From assembly GCA_000708835.1 (NCBI GenBank), contig DF236977.1:62001-126000 (forward strand): DNA of 64,000 nt, in the 5' to 3' direction. A program made the translations under genes and the position numbers. The stretch is from Klebsormidium nitens (lineage: Eukaryota > Plantae > Klebsormidiophyceae). This document shows, piece after piece, positions 13,315-25,413 of this stretch (within the stretch, counting starts at the first letter, position 1; each line of letters opens with the position of its first letter). A model generated the notes under the pieces. It made no database searches, was not told where the DNA came from, and saw nothing but the letters and a program-made list of their open reading frames with translations.

Positions 13315-15425
13315 AGAACTGCACCAGCATCATGGGATCAGAAAGGATATGTTTAACGTACATCCTTTCTTGGTGGTATTTTGTACATTTAGTCCACGTA
13401 CACAGATGTTCGCCGTTAATAACTCGACTCAGAGAGATTGCAACTTTTGTATAGATATTATATTGTTCGATGTGAGCTAGTATCGGAAGATATAGACCCT
13501 CACTTGACTTCAGCTATTTATATACTGGAGGATTCCACACGGGACGGGCAGGCTAATCAGGTTGCCTCCGGTGAGCCTTCGTGGCAGATGTTAAAACGTG
13601 CCTTTGTCAAGGTACATCACATAATTGATTATGTCGTAAAGTCAGGGATGCACGTTTATGTAGCAATAAATCTCTCATGCAAGATTACTTTCGTTGCATA
13701 AAAACTTCAACGCGCCAGCAGATTGAATCAGCCAACAACTGAAAGTTCAAACTCAACGAAACTTGATTGGCTTTATCAGGTTCAAAGCTAGCTACTGGGC
13801 GGCATTTAGTGCTAATTCCGAATTAGTTTTGAGGATCTGTTTGTGTTAAGCACGGTACACCGTACAATCCCGATCAAGAATTCCTTATGTGAGCTATTAT
13901 TGAATATCCTGCACATTTGATTGTGGAGGGTATTATGCCAAGCGTGAAAATTCATACTAGCTTATGATTGAGGAAATTGTCACTAATCTGTCATATATTT
14001 AATCAATCGAAACGAACTGAGCCCTGGCATGCATGGACTAGCGCGCCACTGATCTACTATACTTACGCGTGACTCGCAAGCATATGCAATTACGATCGCC
14101 ACCAGCCCATGGGTGCAGGATCCTCACCGTAGCGCATGCTTAGACTGCTCTGCTTTTCAGGTATGAAGAAGATCCTCATCTCGGCTCAAAAGAAATGACG
14201 TGCTAGGTTGTGCAGTGGGTTCGTTGGTTTTAATCTTGCAGTGAGACGAAGGCTTTGCAGCTGCTGTTGCAACCCATTCTGCGTGTCACATGCCTAATCT
14301 TAAGCAAACCTCTGTCTGCGGTAGCTCTGCTGGGCAAAGCTTGTGGGAGTCACAGAACACGTTTCTCGGGACTTAGCCAAAGTAGAGCTTAGGTTTGCAA
14401 GTTAAACAAATAGCAGAAGGAAAGGACTCAAAACTAACTACAGTGTACGTAGTCAGTTAGCAGGACCTTTCATTGAATTGGATGCCGCTTTGAGGTAACA
14501 TATTAGCGTCCATTTCTGCTTCTTGGCATGTGGATTATTCATGATTCTCATGGTATATGATAATCACCATGCCCTACATTTGAGAGCTATTTCGTATTGA
14601 AGCATGGAAGACGGAACAAGTGTCTGACTTGTTCTTCAGACAGAATCATTCTTGCTATCTTGGGGACCGCAAGTGGTGAGAATGCTTCCAGCTCTGCCAT
14701 TCGTACGATACACATGCCAAAATAATTGCAATTGGCTATTATATATCGGAGCGTAAGCCGCCCTGCTGGTATTGACCTGGTGACCGCCAGATGCCCTAGA
14801 TAGGCTCATGCCCCGACAGTCCAGCCTGGCCGCCTCTCTTCAAGACGGTATACGCATGTTGGACTTTCTGCACAGTGCGCTTCGCGGTGCTGAGCCTTGC
14901 GGAGACTTGGGCGGATCCATGGGTCGGACTGAGAGCGCCAGAACATCGAGTCCGACTTTCCCACATTTGCCCACACTGGTTGGGGCTAGTTCTGACTCAA
15001 GTCTCAATCTCGAGACGGTCTAGATTGAAGGCGTCCGCATGTTCACAAGGGAACGTAGACGTATTCCTCGCTGCTGCCGCGCAGTAACATTGACACACAA
15101 TGCTCTGCCCCTTGCTGTTGCACTGCATGGCAATGCTTAAGCGACATCATACATTATGGTGGCCGTGTGCTCATCAATCATTGATTGGAATAGATTGTCG
15201 ACATGCTTCGCAAAAAGGCTCGTTCTACTTCGCTACCAGAACGATTCTCTTAAGCTGATCCTCTCTAGCCGCTCTACCTCCTGTTGCTCTTCGTTGACCC
15301 TAGATTAAGACTACGGTTTCTTCATGACAAGCATGCAATCGGAACTTCAATTGACGTGTTCCTCGCGCATAATCGAAACTTCAATGTCGCGTAGCAATGT
15401 CTCTTAAGCTCCAAGACGAGCCGAC

Positions 15426-18400
15426 TCAGTGCCGATTCATCGTCTTGAAGGTGGCCGCGGCAGATGGGGACAGTTTGCTCAGATACCGGAACACCTAGAG
15501 ATAAGATCGACGTGTTATTATCAGTCCGCAAATTTTCCACCAGTAACCGTCGCTTACGTGGAGGACGCGCTATGAAAGACCAACCAGTCACAATCAGCAT
15601 TCTAAAATCATCACCGGGCTTTCCGAAAGCATCTAGCAAATTGCTCTCACCTACTCAATATCAAATTGCGTTCAGAGGCATGGGTGATAGCGCACTCCGT
15701 GCTTGATTCGTATTCAACCAAAATCCATTCCGGGCCTTTCAAAACCGGAAGTCTTAGCAGCAGAGGGCAGCGCTGCACACTTAGCTAGACCCAGGTTCTC
15801 AAGGCACGGAACGTCAATCTTGCGGTCGATAGTCGCAAACAACAAAGGCGTACGAAGCTGACGCCAGCGCCTCACCCAGAGCTTGAAGACGGCGTCGATG
15901 GTGACGGGCACAGTCGAGACGAAGATGTAGATGCTGTGCTGCTCCACCTCGAGACCATAGTGATCCAAGACCAGCTCCACGATCGTCTCCCACCCGTGCT
16001 CCGAGTGGTACCCCAAAAAGATGTCCGTCAGCAGAATGATGATGAACGCCTTGCCCGTGTCGCTGATGTTGGTGAAGATGCGCTGCCCCGTCAGCTTGAG
16101 CAGAGCGACGCGCCGCGGGTTGAGAACGAGTACCAGGAGGCCCGCCAGGAACGCCACGAAGTCGGACACGATGTTGGAGAAGGACGACCGGTTCTCCGCA
16201 CGAATCTCCTCACGCAGGTGCAGCCTGAGCATGTGATGGCGGAATTAACCGATGAGTGTGCGTGCAGTAGGCGTGCCATCCATACATGATGGACAGGAAG
16301 GACTGAGTGAGCACGCGAGGGGTGCTACCTCAGGAAGAAACGGTGGGGAGTCACGGAGGGGCGTCACACTCGCCGCACCAGTTTTGTAGCCGCAGAGAAG
16401 CTAGTATGATGAGAACTGATACTTGGTTTTGGTTAAAAAGCCACTAACAATCAAGGTTCAGAAGTGAGGGCATCCACAAGGCGGCAACCTCAATCCTTTC
16501 AAGAAACAGTCAGCTCGTCAAAAAAAGCGTCCGCTCCGATCTTCTCGACCGGGCCAGTATTATAGAGATGTCTTCTATTGGAAACAAATACTGAATGTTA
16601 TCGACCCTCAAAAGGAGGTACATACGACGGATCCGACAGATTCGCGTTTGCAAACATGGTGCACGAAAGGCGGCGCCACTCACGCCTCCTCGCGCATGTG
16701 CTCGCGCATCTCCTTCTCGGACAGCGGCGGCGCCTTGCCGATCTCGGCCTCGAAGCGCACGCGCTGCCGCTCCAGCTTGAGCCGCTGCACGATGTCTAGC
16801 TTCTGCTTCTCGCGCAGGTCGAACGCCTTGGCCACCAGCGGGACCTCCTCCGTGTACCTGCGCAGGGGCAACAAATCTTGAGCTTTGGGCAGAGAACCGG
16901 CTGCGCAAGCTTGGAGATGAAAAGGTTGTCGACCGAATTTAGATCTCAGATCGTGACTGAGCTCTTCGTATTTGGTGGATGGCGACCGAGGTCTAGGGTG
17001 TCGGAAAAGAAGGTGGGCTGACGTAGAGTTTTTCATGGGCATAAGCGTGATTGAATGACAGCTAACAGTTGGCAGTCCCATTGACTGGGAGCTACGCTTC
17101 CCCGTACCAAAGCGCTTCTGGCACGCTTACAAAGTGTTAATTCCGTGCAACCACCGGGGTGACCGACTACGTCTCCAGAATGCAGGCATCGAAGAGACCG
17201 CTTGTGATCTCAACGTAGTCTAAATTTTGCAGCCAGCAAGAAGAACGAGATTCACTCCTGAACGATTTGGCACTGTGCTTGCCAGTGACAGGTTCTTCTA
17301 TTGTAGGAGATCCCAAGTGAGAAGAAAAGTCAGAATAATGTAGAGGGTCCGCGCTTCAAAAAAAATCCGGTTTCACTCTAAGCTGAAGGGCCGACCTCAC
17401 AAAGCAACTCGATACGTTGCAGAGGCATGGACCCTCAAAGTGGGAAGACAGGGCAGCTTCTGCTTTACCATGCTCGGGCAGCCAATGTGGTGCTGACGAG
17501 CACTCCTCGTCAAGGGCACGAGAAGCCTCACCTCCTCATAAAGGGCACGAGAATGAAGTCGTGCACGATCCAGTCCGACACGGCGAATGTGAAGATGAGG
17601 GCCACCACGAACTTGGCCTGCCAAGTCGAGAAGATCACATCAGCAAGAATATAATATTTGGCCCTTTTTCTTAATCTCAGGATCCCGGTAGGTCAGCGCT
17701 GAGAGCCCCTGCTCAGGCCCCTGCGGTGCAAAAGCTGGTCTGGTGTAGGCATCCCAGTCAGCCAGCGTCCCAGCGCTAAGGTGTCCGTTCGAGGCAACTT
17801 GTATTCCAGATGGCAGCCTTGATTGTGGTTCTGAAGCAGAGCCCCGAATGGCGCATTCAATTTGTGAAGACGTGAGAGGCTGGTTGACCCGATAGTCAGA
17901 ACGAGAAGGATCATGAAGCCAAATCCTGAAACAGAAAGGCGACCCAAATGTCCACATGTACTCCCAAGCTGGAGGCTTGGAAGCTCACCGTTTCCTGAGT
18001 GGTGAACCGGAATACCCGCTCCTCAAACGCCAGGTCGTCCTCCACCTCATACCGCGGCTCAAAGATGCGCAGCACCATCTCCTTGATCGTGCGGCTCATC
18101 CCCCGCTCGGGGATGTCGGGCGGCAGCCGCGGGTTCCCACCCTTGAGCCACTCGTTTTCCTCCTCATACCAACCGTTCCCACTTCCCCCCACGTAATCCG
18201 AATACTTGTTACTGTAGCTCTCATCCAGCCAGTCGATCCACTCCCCCGGGGGTTTCGGATAGTTTAGCAACCGGTCCAGCGTTTCGTCGAGCTCGCTCGG
18301 CCCCTCGCCGAGCGGCTCACCTTCCAGGGGGGCCCCGTTGTCCCTCCTCGGAGGACGCTCCGGCCGGCGGTCCCCATCCCAGGGGGGACGGCGCTCAGTC

Positions 18401-19779
18401 GGCGCAGACTGCTTGGACCCCCCCAGTGGAGGGAACAAGCCCTCCAGTCCCCACCCCCTTCTCCTACGGCGCTCCCACCAGGGGCCTCTCCGCCCACCCC
18501 CCCATGCGTTTCGCCCTTTTTTCTTCCGGCCCCCCCGAAAAATGTCCCACCAGCTCTCCTCGGGGTACCCGTTTTCTTCCAAGCTGTCTTCCAGGGGGTA
18601 CTGAAACCGGCTAGCTCCCCCCAGGGGCTTCCAGGTGTCCGCCCTCCTGTTTGGCTCAGGGGGGCGTGGCCGGCCTGCTAGCTCGTCTAGAGTGTTCACC
18701 CCCCGTCGAGGTACCTCCGGCCGTTCTGGCGGCTCGTCCCGCCTCCGGCCCTCTCTGAAGAGATAGCAAAAGTAAGGAATCTAGGCCTTCTCAGAGCACC
18801 CATGTCTTGTCGCTGACGGACCGGGCCTGACATTGCGCACCGCCTATCCAATTCCTTTGCGTAAGCTTAAGAACTTGCGCCACTTCTTATTGCTCGAGGT
18901 GCTCAGTCCCAAGGCAGTGGTACTGGCTTCGTCTTTCAAGCAAGAGAGCTTTTCTGATCAAACTACCTCAATCAAACTACCCTCAGTGCTCTGAGGGTGT
19001 CACTCTTGTAGTAACAAAAGCTACTTACGCGCCAGTAAGCTTCTACGAGCTTTGGCCGCTTTGTCAGTCAAGCGATCAAAAGCAAGGTCCTTCAGAAGAC
19101 TAGTGTTCTGCTCAGGAGAGGGTTCCAGAACAGAATCGTGGAATTTCACTGACGAGCTCAGATCAATCCAACTTGAATTGAGATTGTACTTTTTCTATTG
19201 TAGTAGGCACTGGCTCCGTTATCAAAACCTTGCGGCCCTTTGCTGCCATCGGCGCCTCAGCAACAGCAGCAAAAGGTTTGTGGAGCACTGCCAGCAGCCT
19301 CACCTGCGATCGCTCCCTTCGCCCCACGGCCTGCTTGCACCTTTTCTTCTTTTCCCCACCCCCAGCTCTCCCAAGAGCTCCTGCCACCACGGAACCTCAT
19401 CCTCCTGACATCGCACGCCACTTCTCCGCTTCTGCCCCTTTCTGCCCGCCCCTGCTGGTCTCCCGCTGTTGACGGCATTATTGCGTCGGCAGAAGCGCAG
19501 CTCCTGAGCACTACCACTAACAAGGAAAGACGACGAGGCGCTACCAATGAATGTGCGAGAAGGGGTGGAACAAACTCTTGCCGAACCTTCTAAAGCGGTG
19601 CCAGCGTACCTGGCGTCTGTGACACAGCCTACTTGACAGCCCTGCGTGTCCAAGAGTCTCTTTAGTGTCGTGGAAAGGTAAACCTGGCGGCACACAGGGG
19701 AGGGAAACCTCCTGCTTCTGCCTTGTAAGGGGAACAGTCTGCATCTTGGTGGATGCGATTTCACCGATTGATGGGACAT
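15426..19779 (-). CDS. Nuclear-encoded CemA/Ycf10-like chloroplast envelope protein (DLDG1-type; 6 exons, ~639 aa)
   Basis: Exons 19779-19304 (start codon tentative), 18754-17989, 17617-17532, 16857-16684, 16224-15876, 15494-15426, phase-consistent. CemA-domain motif SDTGKAFIIILLTDIFLGYHSEHGWE...[27 protein letters not shown]; Ser/Arg-rich transit-peptide-like N-terminus ending in VRC. Confidence 0.85.
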
Positions 19780-20971
19780 CGGTTCTCGCGCCGAAACTGG
19801 ACTGCGACATGGCGACAACAGCTGGCTGCTATGGCAGCCTGTTCTGCATCCTGTCAGGCTGGGAATTTCTTTCTTTGGCCATTCAAAAGCCCGTGCCACA
19901 TTGCACCTCATTGTACCCACCAAGTGTCAGCCATTGGTATCGGAAATCGGCAGACCTGTAAGCAGCGCCAGATTGACTGCAATAGACTCTGGCAATTCCC
20001 CGAAATGCAATGCTGGGGTTCTTCAACCAAACAATGAGCGCCCTTCTTAAGCACCGCTGAAAGGCTTGAATGTGTGCCACCACTGGCGGACGCTACATTT
20101 AATTAGCTGCTTCCTAGCTTGGTCCTTCTGGTGGAATGGCGGCAACGCCTTGACTGTGCGCACTTGCCAAGTGATTCCAGCAAAAGTAGGAAAGAATAAC
20201 AGCCTACTGCGGAGGCGAATGCACCGTAATTGCACAGCGCCTCAACTCCACCACTCCAATTGCAGCAGCGTGCGGAATGCCGGTGCTGCGGCTCTCAACC
20301 ACGTAGCCAACACGCCTCCCACCGCTGCTCTCTCCCTCCTAAGTCCTGGCGGAGCGGGCGGGTTGTCAGCGTTGCAACACTGCCAATGCCAATGCTCTGA
20401 GTCTGAGCTGCACCTTGTGCATGACCCTTTCAACGGGTGGAGGAGCTGAGGAGGCGCAATTCAGCGGCAGTGCGGCCTCAAGACTTCAGCCTCAGGCTCT
20501 GGTTGGCTGACCGAGCGGCTAACCTCGTACTGATTCTATCGCAGTGAGTAGCCCAGTTGCTGTATTTCACCAGGGAGAATACGGCTCAGCCTTGACTAGT
20601 AGTCAAACTTAAATGAGTTTCCAACTGAACTGACTTGGGTTCTCAGAGAGAAATGCTCAAGAGAGAGAAGTTGAACTTGACGAGAGAGAGAGGCGTTCAG
20701 AAACACCACTGTCAACAGAGAGTCAGAAAAAGAAGTCGCCTTTCTTTGAGCATCAAGGCACGGTGGACCTTGCCTCGTGCAGCAAGGCGGAAAGGCAGCA
20801 GGTTGTGTGGCAGACGAGCACGGAAGAAAGACTTTGGAGAAGGGGAGGTACGCTACGGACTTTCTGTGTACTGTAGTCTCAGTGCCTCGCAGATTGCCGA
20901 TTCTGTCGTTTCATGGGTGCGTCTTGTTCTTGATTGCAATTGCAAGCCACTCTCAACCTTCGTTTGCAGGT

Positions 20972-23900
20972 ATGGATCCGGGCATGGACTTCAGTGGCCC
21001 TCAATGGACGGCTAACGAGGTGCAGCTGGGGGTGAGAGCGGAAAATGCTTCGAGAGTTTCCAACTTGCTGGCTTGGTTCAAGGACAACTGCGTACATACT
21101 GTGTGTATTGTGTAATACAGAAAATTTGTTTCGAGAGCTGCTTGTTGTCTTGCTTTGCCAGTTTTAGGGGAACAGGCAAGTGAAGTCGGAGCTCTTTAAA
21201 GGTGCCAGCTGACTGGGCTCAGTTGATATACATCCAGTCTAGGTTGTGTGCAGAAATGCCTAGGTGAAGGCTGTATCACTGGTGGCAGAGCCATAGCTAT
21301 CATTTTCCTCCTAGAGAAGGAGGGTACATCTGCCGTTATTAATCTACTTATGTACCCTCATTAAATTACTTATGTATCTCTCTTGTCAAATGCGCAGTGG
21401 GATCCTAAATTTAGGGACACCATAATTGTTGCTTCGATTGAGAGTAGCCAAGGAACTTCGAATGATAAGTCAGAAATGAATCCATCTAAAATCCTTGAGC
21501 TGCACGCTGCAGACAACGATCATGGCGGTTGAGTTTGATGGGGGAGTGGTCATGGGGGCAGACTCGCGGACATCCACAGGTAGGGCTCTGAGATCTTTAC
21601 AGTGGGGAGTCACAGTGGGGAGGCACGAATCATGCACCTCTGCTCGGGGGGCACATCTCTGACCATTTGCACAATCGCAGTCTTCTCACAATCGAACTGT
21701 ATCTATCGTTTATCATGGACGCATGTTAAGCACCAATACTTTCAAGTTTCGTTGGCATGTTTGTCTTGACATTGGGCTAGCAATTATTCAGGTTATACAA
21801 GTTCTTGCCGCAGGGGAATACCTAGAAACAAAGGAAAAAGTCCTGATGCCTAAGCTTCTGAAAAGTCTTAAGCTGCTCCTTTCCTTTTGGCACTCAGTGC
21901 TGCTTGGATTGCCGCGCAGGAAACTATGTATCGAATCGGGCGTCAAACAAGATCACAGCCCTGACAGACAACGTGTACATATGTCGATCGGGCTCGGTGA
22001 GTTGATCACCCCAACCTCGCTGTCATTGTGATTTGTGCGTGCTCACATGCTCAAGCAAGGACCTGAGATGAGCGACCGAGCTTGCATAGCTAGATCATCC
22101 TGAGGGCCTTTGATTATGAACAATGCTCACTACGCTGAGACCCTCACAACTCTGGCAGTCAGGCGTCCTACTGAATTCCATGTCGCTTTGCAGTCCATCT
22201 TAGCTTGAAAAATCGCCTCCTTACTGGATAAACAGAGTGTTTCCGGTCAATTAGCAACTCTTGAGATGGTTACCAAGTACTGAAGCCTGTTAGCTGATTT
22301 CTCTCGTCTTCGTCTGCAGGCTGCAGACACACAAACGATCTCGGACTACGTCAGATACTTCTTGAATCAGCACGTGTGAGTTACAGCTCAATGCCTTATC
22401 TCCTGTTTGCTGGCCTCAATCCTGCAACACTCCTGGGAAGGCAAGCGAACGAAGTCTGTCCTTATACTGCCACTTGTGAGGCAGAAAGTAGAGTTTACCC
22501 CTTCCGAGCATCTCCTATCTGTGCACTCAAGAACACTTTTTGTCTGCTTTGACATCGTGGTCAAGCACCGCACTGACAAGCACCCCTGCAACAGAGTTGA
22601 AAAGGGCGCTCCCGCGGACGTCAAGACCGCGGCCAATCTGGTGAAGCAGATGGCGTACCAGAACAAGAACAACCTGCAGGCGGGCATGATTGTGGCCGGG
22701 TGGGACAAGCACCTGGGGGGGCAGGTGTATGGCATCCCCCTTGGGGGCACGCTCCTCAGGCTGCCCTTCACCATCGGAGGCGAGTGTTCAGTTCGATTTA
22801 GCAGTCTTTTCACTCTTGCATGGTTCGGTGTTTTGCAGTTGTTGGGGGGTTGGTTTGTGGGTCAACTGGAAAAGCTAGCAGCGGCATTGAAGATGCGGAC
22901 TTCCCAAGTCAGGCAGTGGTTTAGAAAGCGTGTGGCGGCCCTTACTGAAAGCTCTTTGCACTAGCTGGCCCGGCCTCTGCGCTTTGCAGATGCGAGCGCG
23001 TTGTTCAGAAAGTTGCGTGAACAAGTGCACGGAGTGTCCACGTCAGCACACCTGGGCCATCCTACTACCTACGCTCTATTCTGTGTCATCCACGCACTCA
23101 ACTTTTCAGCGATTGAAACGACGCTCCTCACCCTGTAGCAGTCGTTGGGAGGGGCTGCGTGTGGCTTTGGGGAGGTGATTTACGGTAGCATCAGGTGGCA
23201 TGTGCCTGGGGGAGACAAAAGCGAAGTTCTTCTGGAGGAAATAGCGACTGAGGAGAAAGGAGACCAGAGAACAGAGACTGATTGGTGATCTGACATGGTT
23301 TGCTTTTGCCCTGCAGGTTCCGGGTCCTCGTACATTTACGGCTTCTGTGACCAGGCTTACAAGGAGAAGATGACGCAACAAGAGTGCGAGGTAAGTTGAG
23401 ACTCGCTCGACTGAGTCGCAGATTTTGGTGCAAATCTTGGCGTTTAAATCAATCACTGCAACAACGCTATTTTCTTAAGTAGTAGAGTTCATGTCTATCA
23501 GCTTCGAAAGGCCTTCTGCATTGTTGTGGAGACTCGATGTCCAATCAAATCGTCCTTTATCGCATCTGCGTTTCTCGAGATGATGGAAGGATCAATTATC
23601 TAAAGAGGCCGCTGAGCGAGTGCACAGGTATTAGTTGGGTGGCTAAACATATGTGTTTCGTCCGCTGCCACAGGACTTCGTCATCAAGGCCGTCTCCTTG
23701 GCCATGGCTCGGGACGGCTCCAGCGGGGGGGTCATCAGGACGGCCACGGTAGGTTTGCCAAACCAATGCTGTGTTCTTTGCCGATTGAAGCAAAGCTAAG
23801 CGGGTTGGCACTTGGATTGGAAGCGCCTCTTCTTGTCCTGTTGGTTATGTCAAATCAGTCGCATTTTCAACGATGTCCTACCGAGGTCGACTGCAACTTC

Positions 23901-24195
23901 AAAAGTCTGCCGAAACCAGCTTTTCCGACTGATTACCAATTCCAGAAGAAAGTGCTACCCCCTCTGAAGTTCCGAGTAAGGATGGTCGTCCTTGCGCTTC
24001 CGGAAAGTCCGGCTTCTTGAGACGAAAGTGGGCAGCTAGACAGACCCGCTCAATTGCCCGCAGATTACGGAGAAGGGCGTGGAGCGCAAGATGATTCCCG
24101 GAGACAAGCTGCCCCTGTGGTTCGAGGAGATTCCGGTAGAACCAGGGTTCAGGCCTTTTGCCAAGCCAGCCGAGGAGGCAACGACCGCAGCTTGA
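20972..24195 (+). CDS. PBA1: 20S proteasome subunit beta 1 (beta type-6, caspase-like; 8 exons, ~241 aa)
   Basis: Exons 20972-21031, 21513-21579, 21920-21996, 22320-22375, 22595-22779, 23317-23390, 23674-23748, 24064-24195. Mature N-terminus [23 protein letters not shown] with Thr1, Asp17, Lys33 and Arg45; GSGSSYIYG and [11 protein letters not shown] motifs. The fifth coding intron has a GC donor; a probable 5' UTR intron lies at 20848-20969. Confidence 0.95.
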
Positions 24196-25413
24196 GTAGC
24201 TATTTAGCAGTTGCGACGGTCTCGCTTCCAACTCGTGCACTATTTGCAATAGCTGTGCCCAACCAGTCTTGAGCAAGCCATTGGCATCCGTATGTGCGTG
24301 ATTGATTACGTTAATTACAATGAGAAAAGACGTATGATATGCAGATTAAGAAGCTGCCATTTGCAACCGTGAATGGAAACATCACCATCAAATTTGCGTG
24401 CTTACTCCGAATGTAGAAGCATGATGACAATGCGGAATGGCGGCCTGCATGCCAGGGCCGCAATGATGCAATTGAAGAGTTCCGAGGCGGCCTGGTGCGC
24501 AAATACCCCGGCACTTAGTATATCAGATATAACCAGTAAGGAGATGTATATGTCCCGTCTGCATGTAACGAAGATCCGGTGTTAATTAAGTTGCTATAGA
24601 TATCGCACGACAAGCTACGTGCAGTTTCAAAAGCTGCGGACTGAATCAAGATTGTCATTCAGTACGTTGCCAGACGTGACCCGCGCCGCGCGCCACCTGT
24701 TGCGCCATGATGAATCAACGATCATGCAAACGTACATGAGTGGATCGCCCATGTGAACTTCCTGCATCCTGCCATGGAGGCAACTAACTTTCTTCCTACG
24801 CGTACATGCATGAGGGGTACATGGGTACAACTTACATCCACAGTTCTTTCGGTATTTATGTTACGACTATATAGTCCTAATCGAAATTTTTACCAGATTC
24901 GCTTCTAGCAGTGGTGAGGACTCTCCAACAACTCAATAAACCACACTGGCGCCACGTGCATTTCTGACCCTACGGCCGCGGACTTACTTCCTGATTGCCG
25001 TTGTTCGCGGCCAAAAGCTTACTTTTGAGTGCACGCAGTTATTCTTTGGTGACCTACCTTGCCGTCGAACTTCTTGCTGCCGCCTGCAACACTCCTGCCT
25101 TCGCTCAATTGCTAGGTCCGACAGCTGGCGGCCGCACGATTCTGTTCTATATTGCGAGTACGTGCAATTTTGTACGTAGGCTCATCATGACACGTTATAA
25201 AGCTACAGCCTTTATGAGAATCGTAAACAGTTTTGATATAGTCATGCAATCGTCCCTGTGCACAAAAGCGAAATCAGGGTGTCCTCCTCACACGACCTCA
25301 GTATTTGCAAGTCTTTTGCTCATCAGCCGCCGCTGTTGTCGTTCCCCGTCATCCGCCTGCGGAGACATTTCGCCACTTTCTAGGGGGACCGCCTCAGTGG
25401 TAGGATGATCCCC

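Noticed and set aside
14808-15087. Two-exon small gene on the plus strand
   Set aside because: The required intron would be only about 29 nt and the product has no recognisable features.
20047-20433. Two same-frame minus-strand ORFs separated by one TGA (possible readthrough or selenoprotein)
   Set aside because: No redox motif around the TGA, no SECIS-like structure identified, and no recognisable protein.
21972-21996. Asn at mature position 32 of proteasome beta1 (exon 21920-21996) as a sign of inactivation
   Set aside because: Catalytic Thr1, Asp17, Lys33 and specificity residue Arg45 are all intact.
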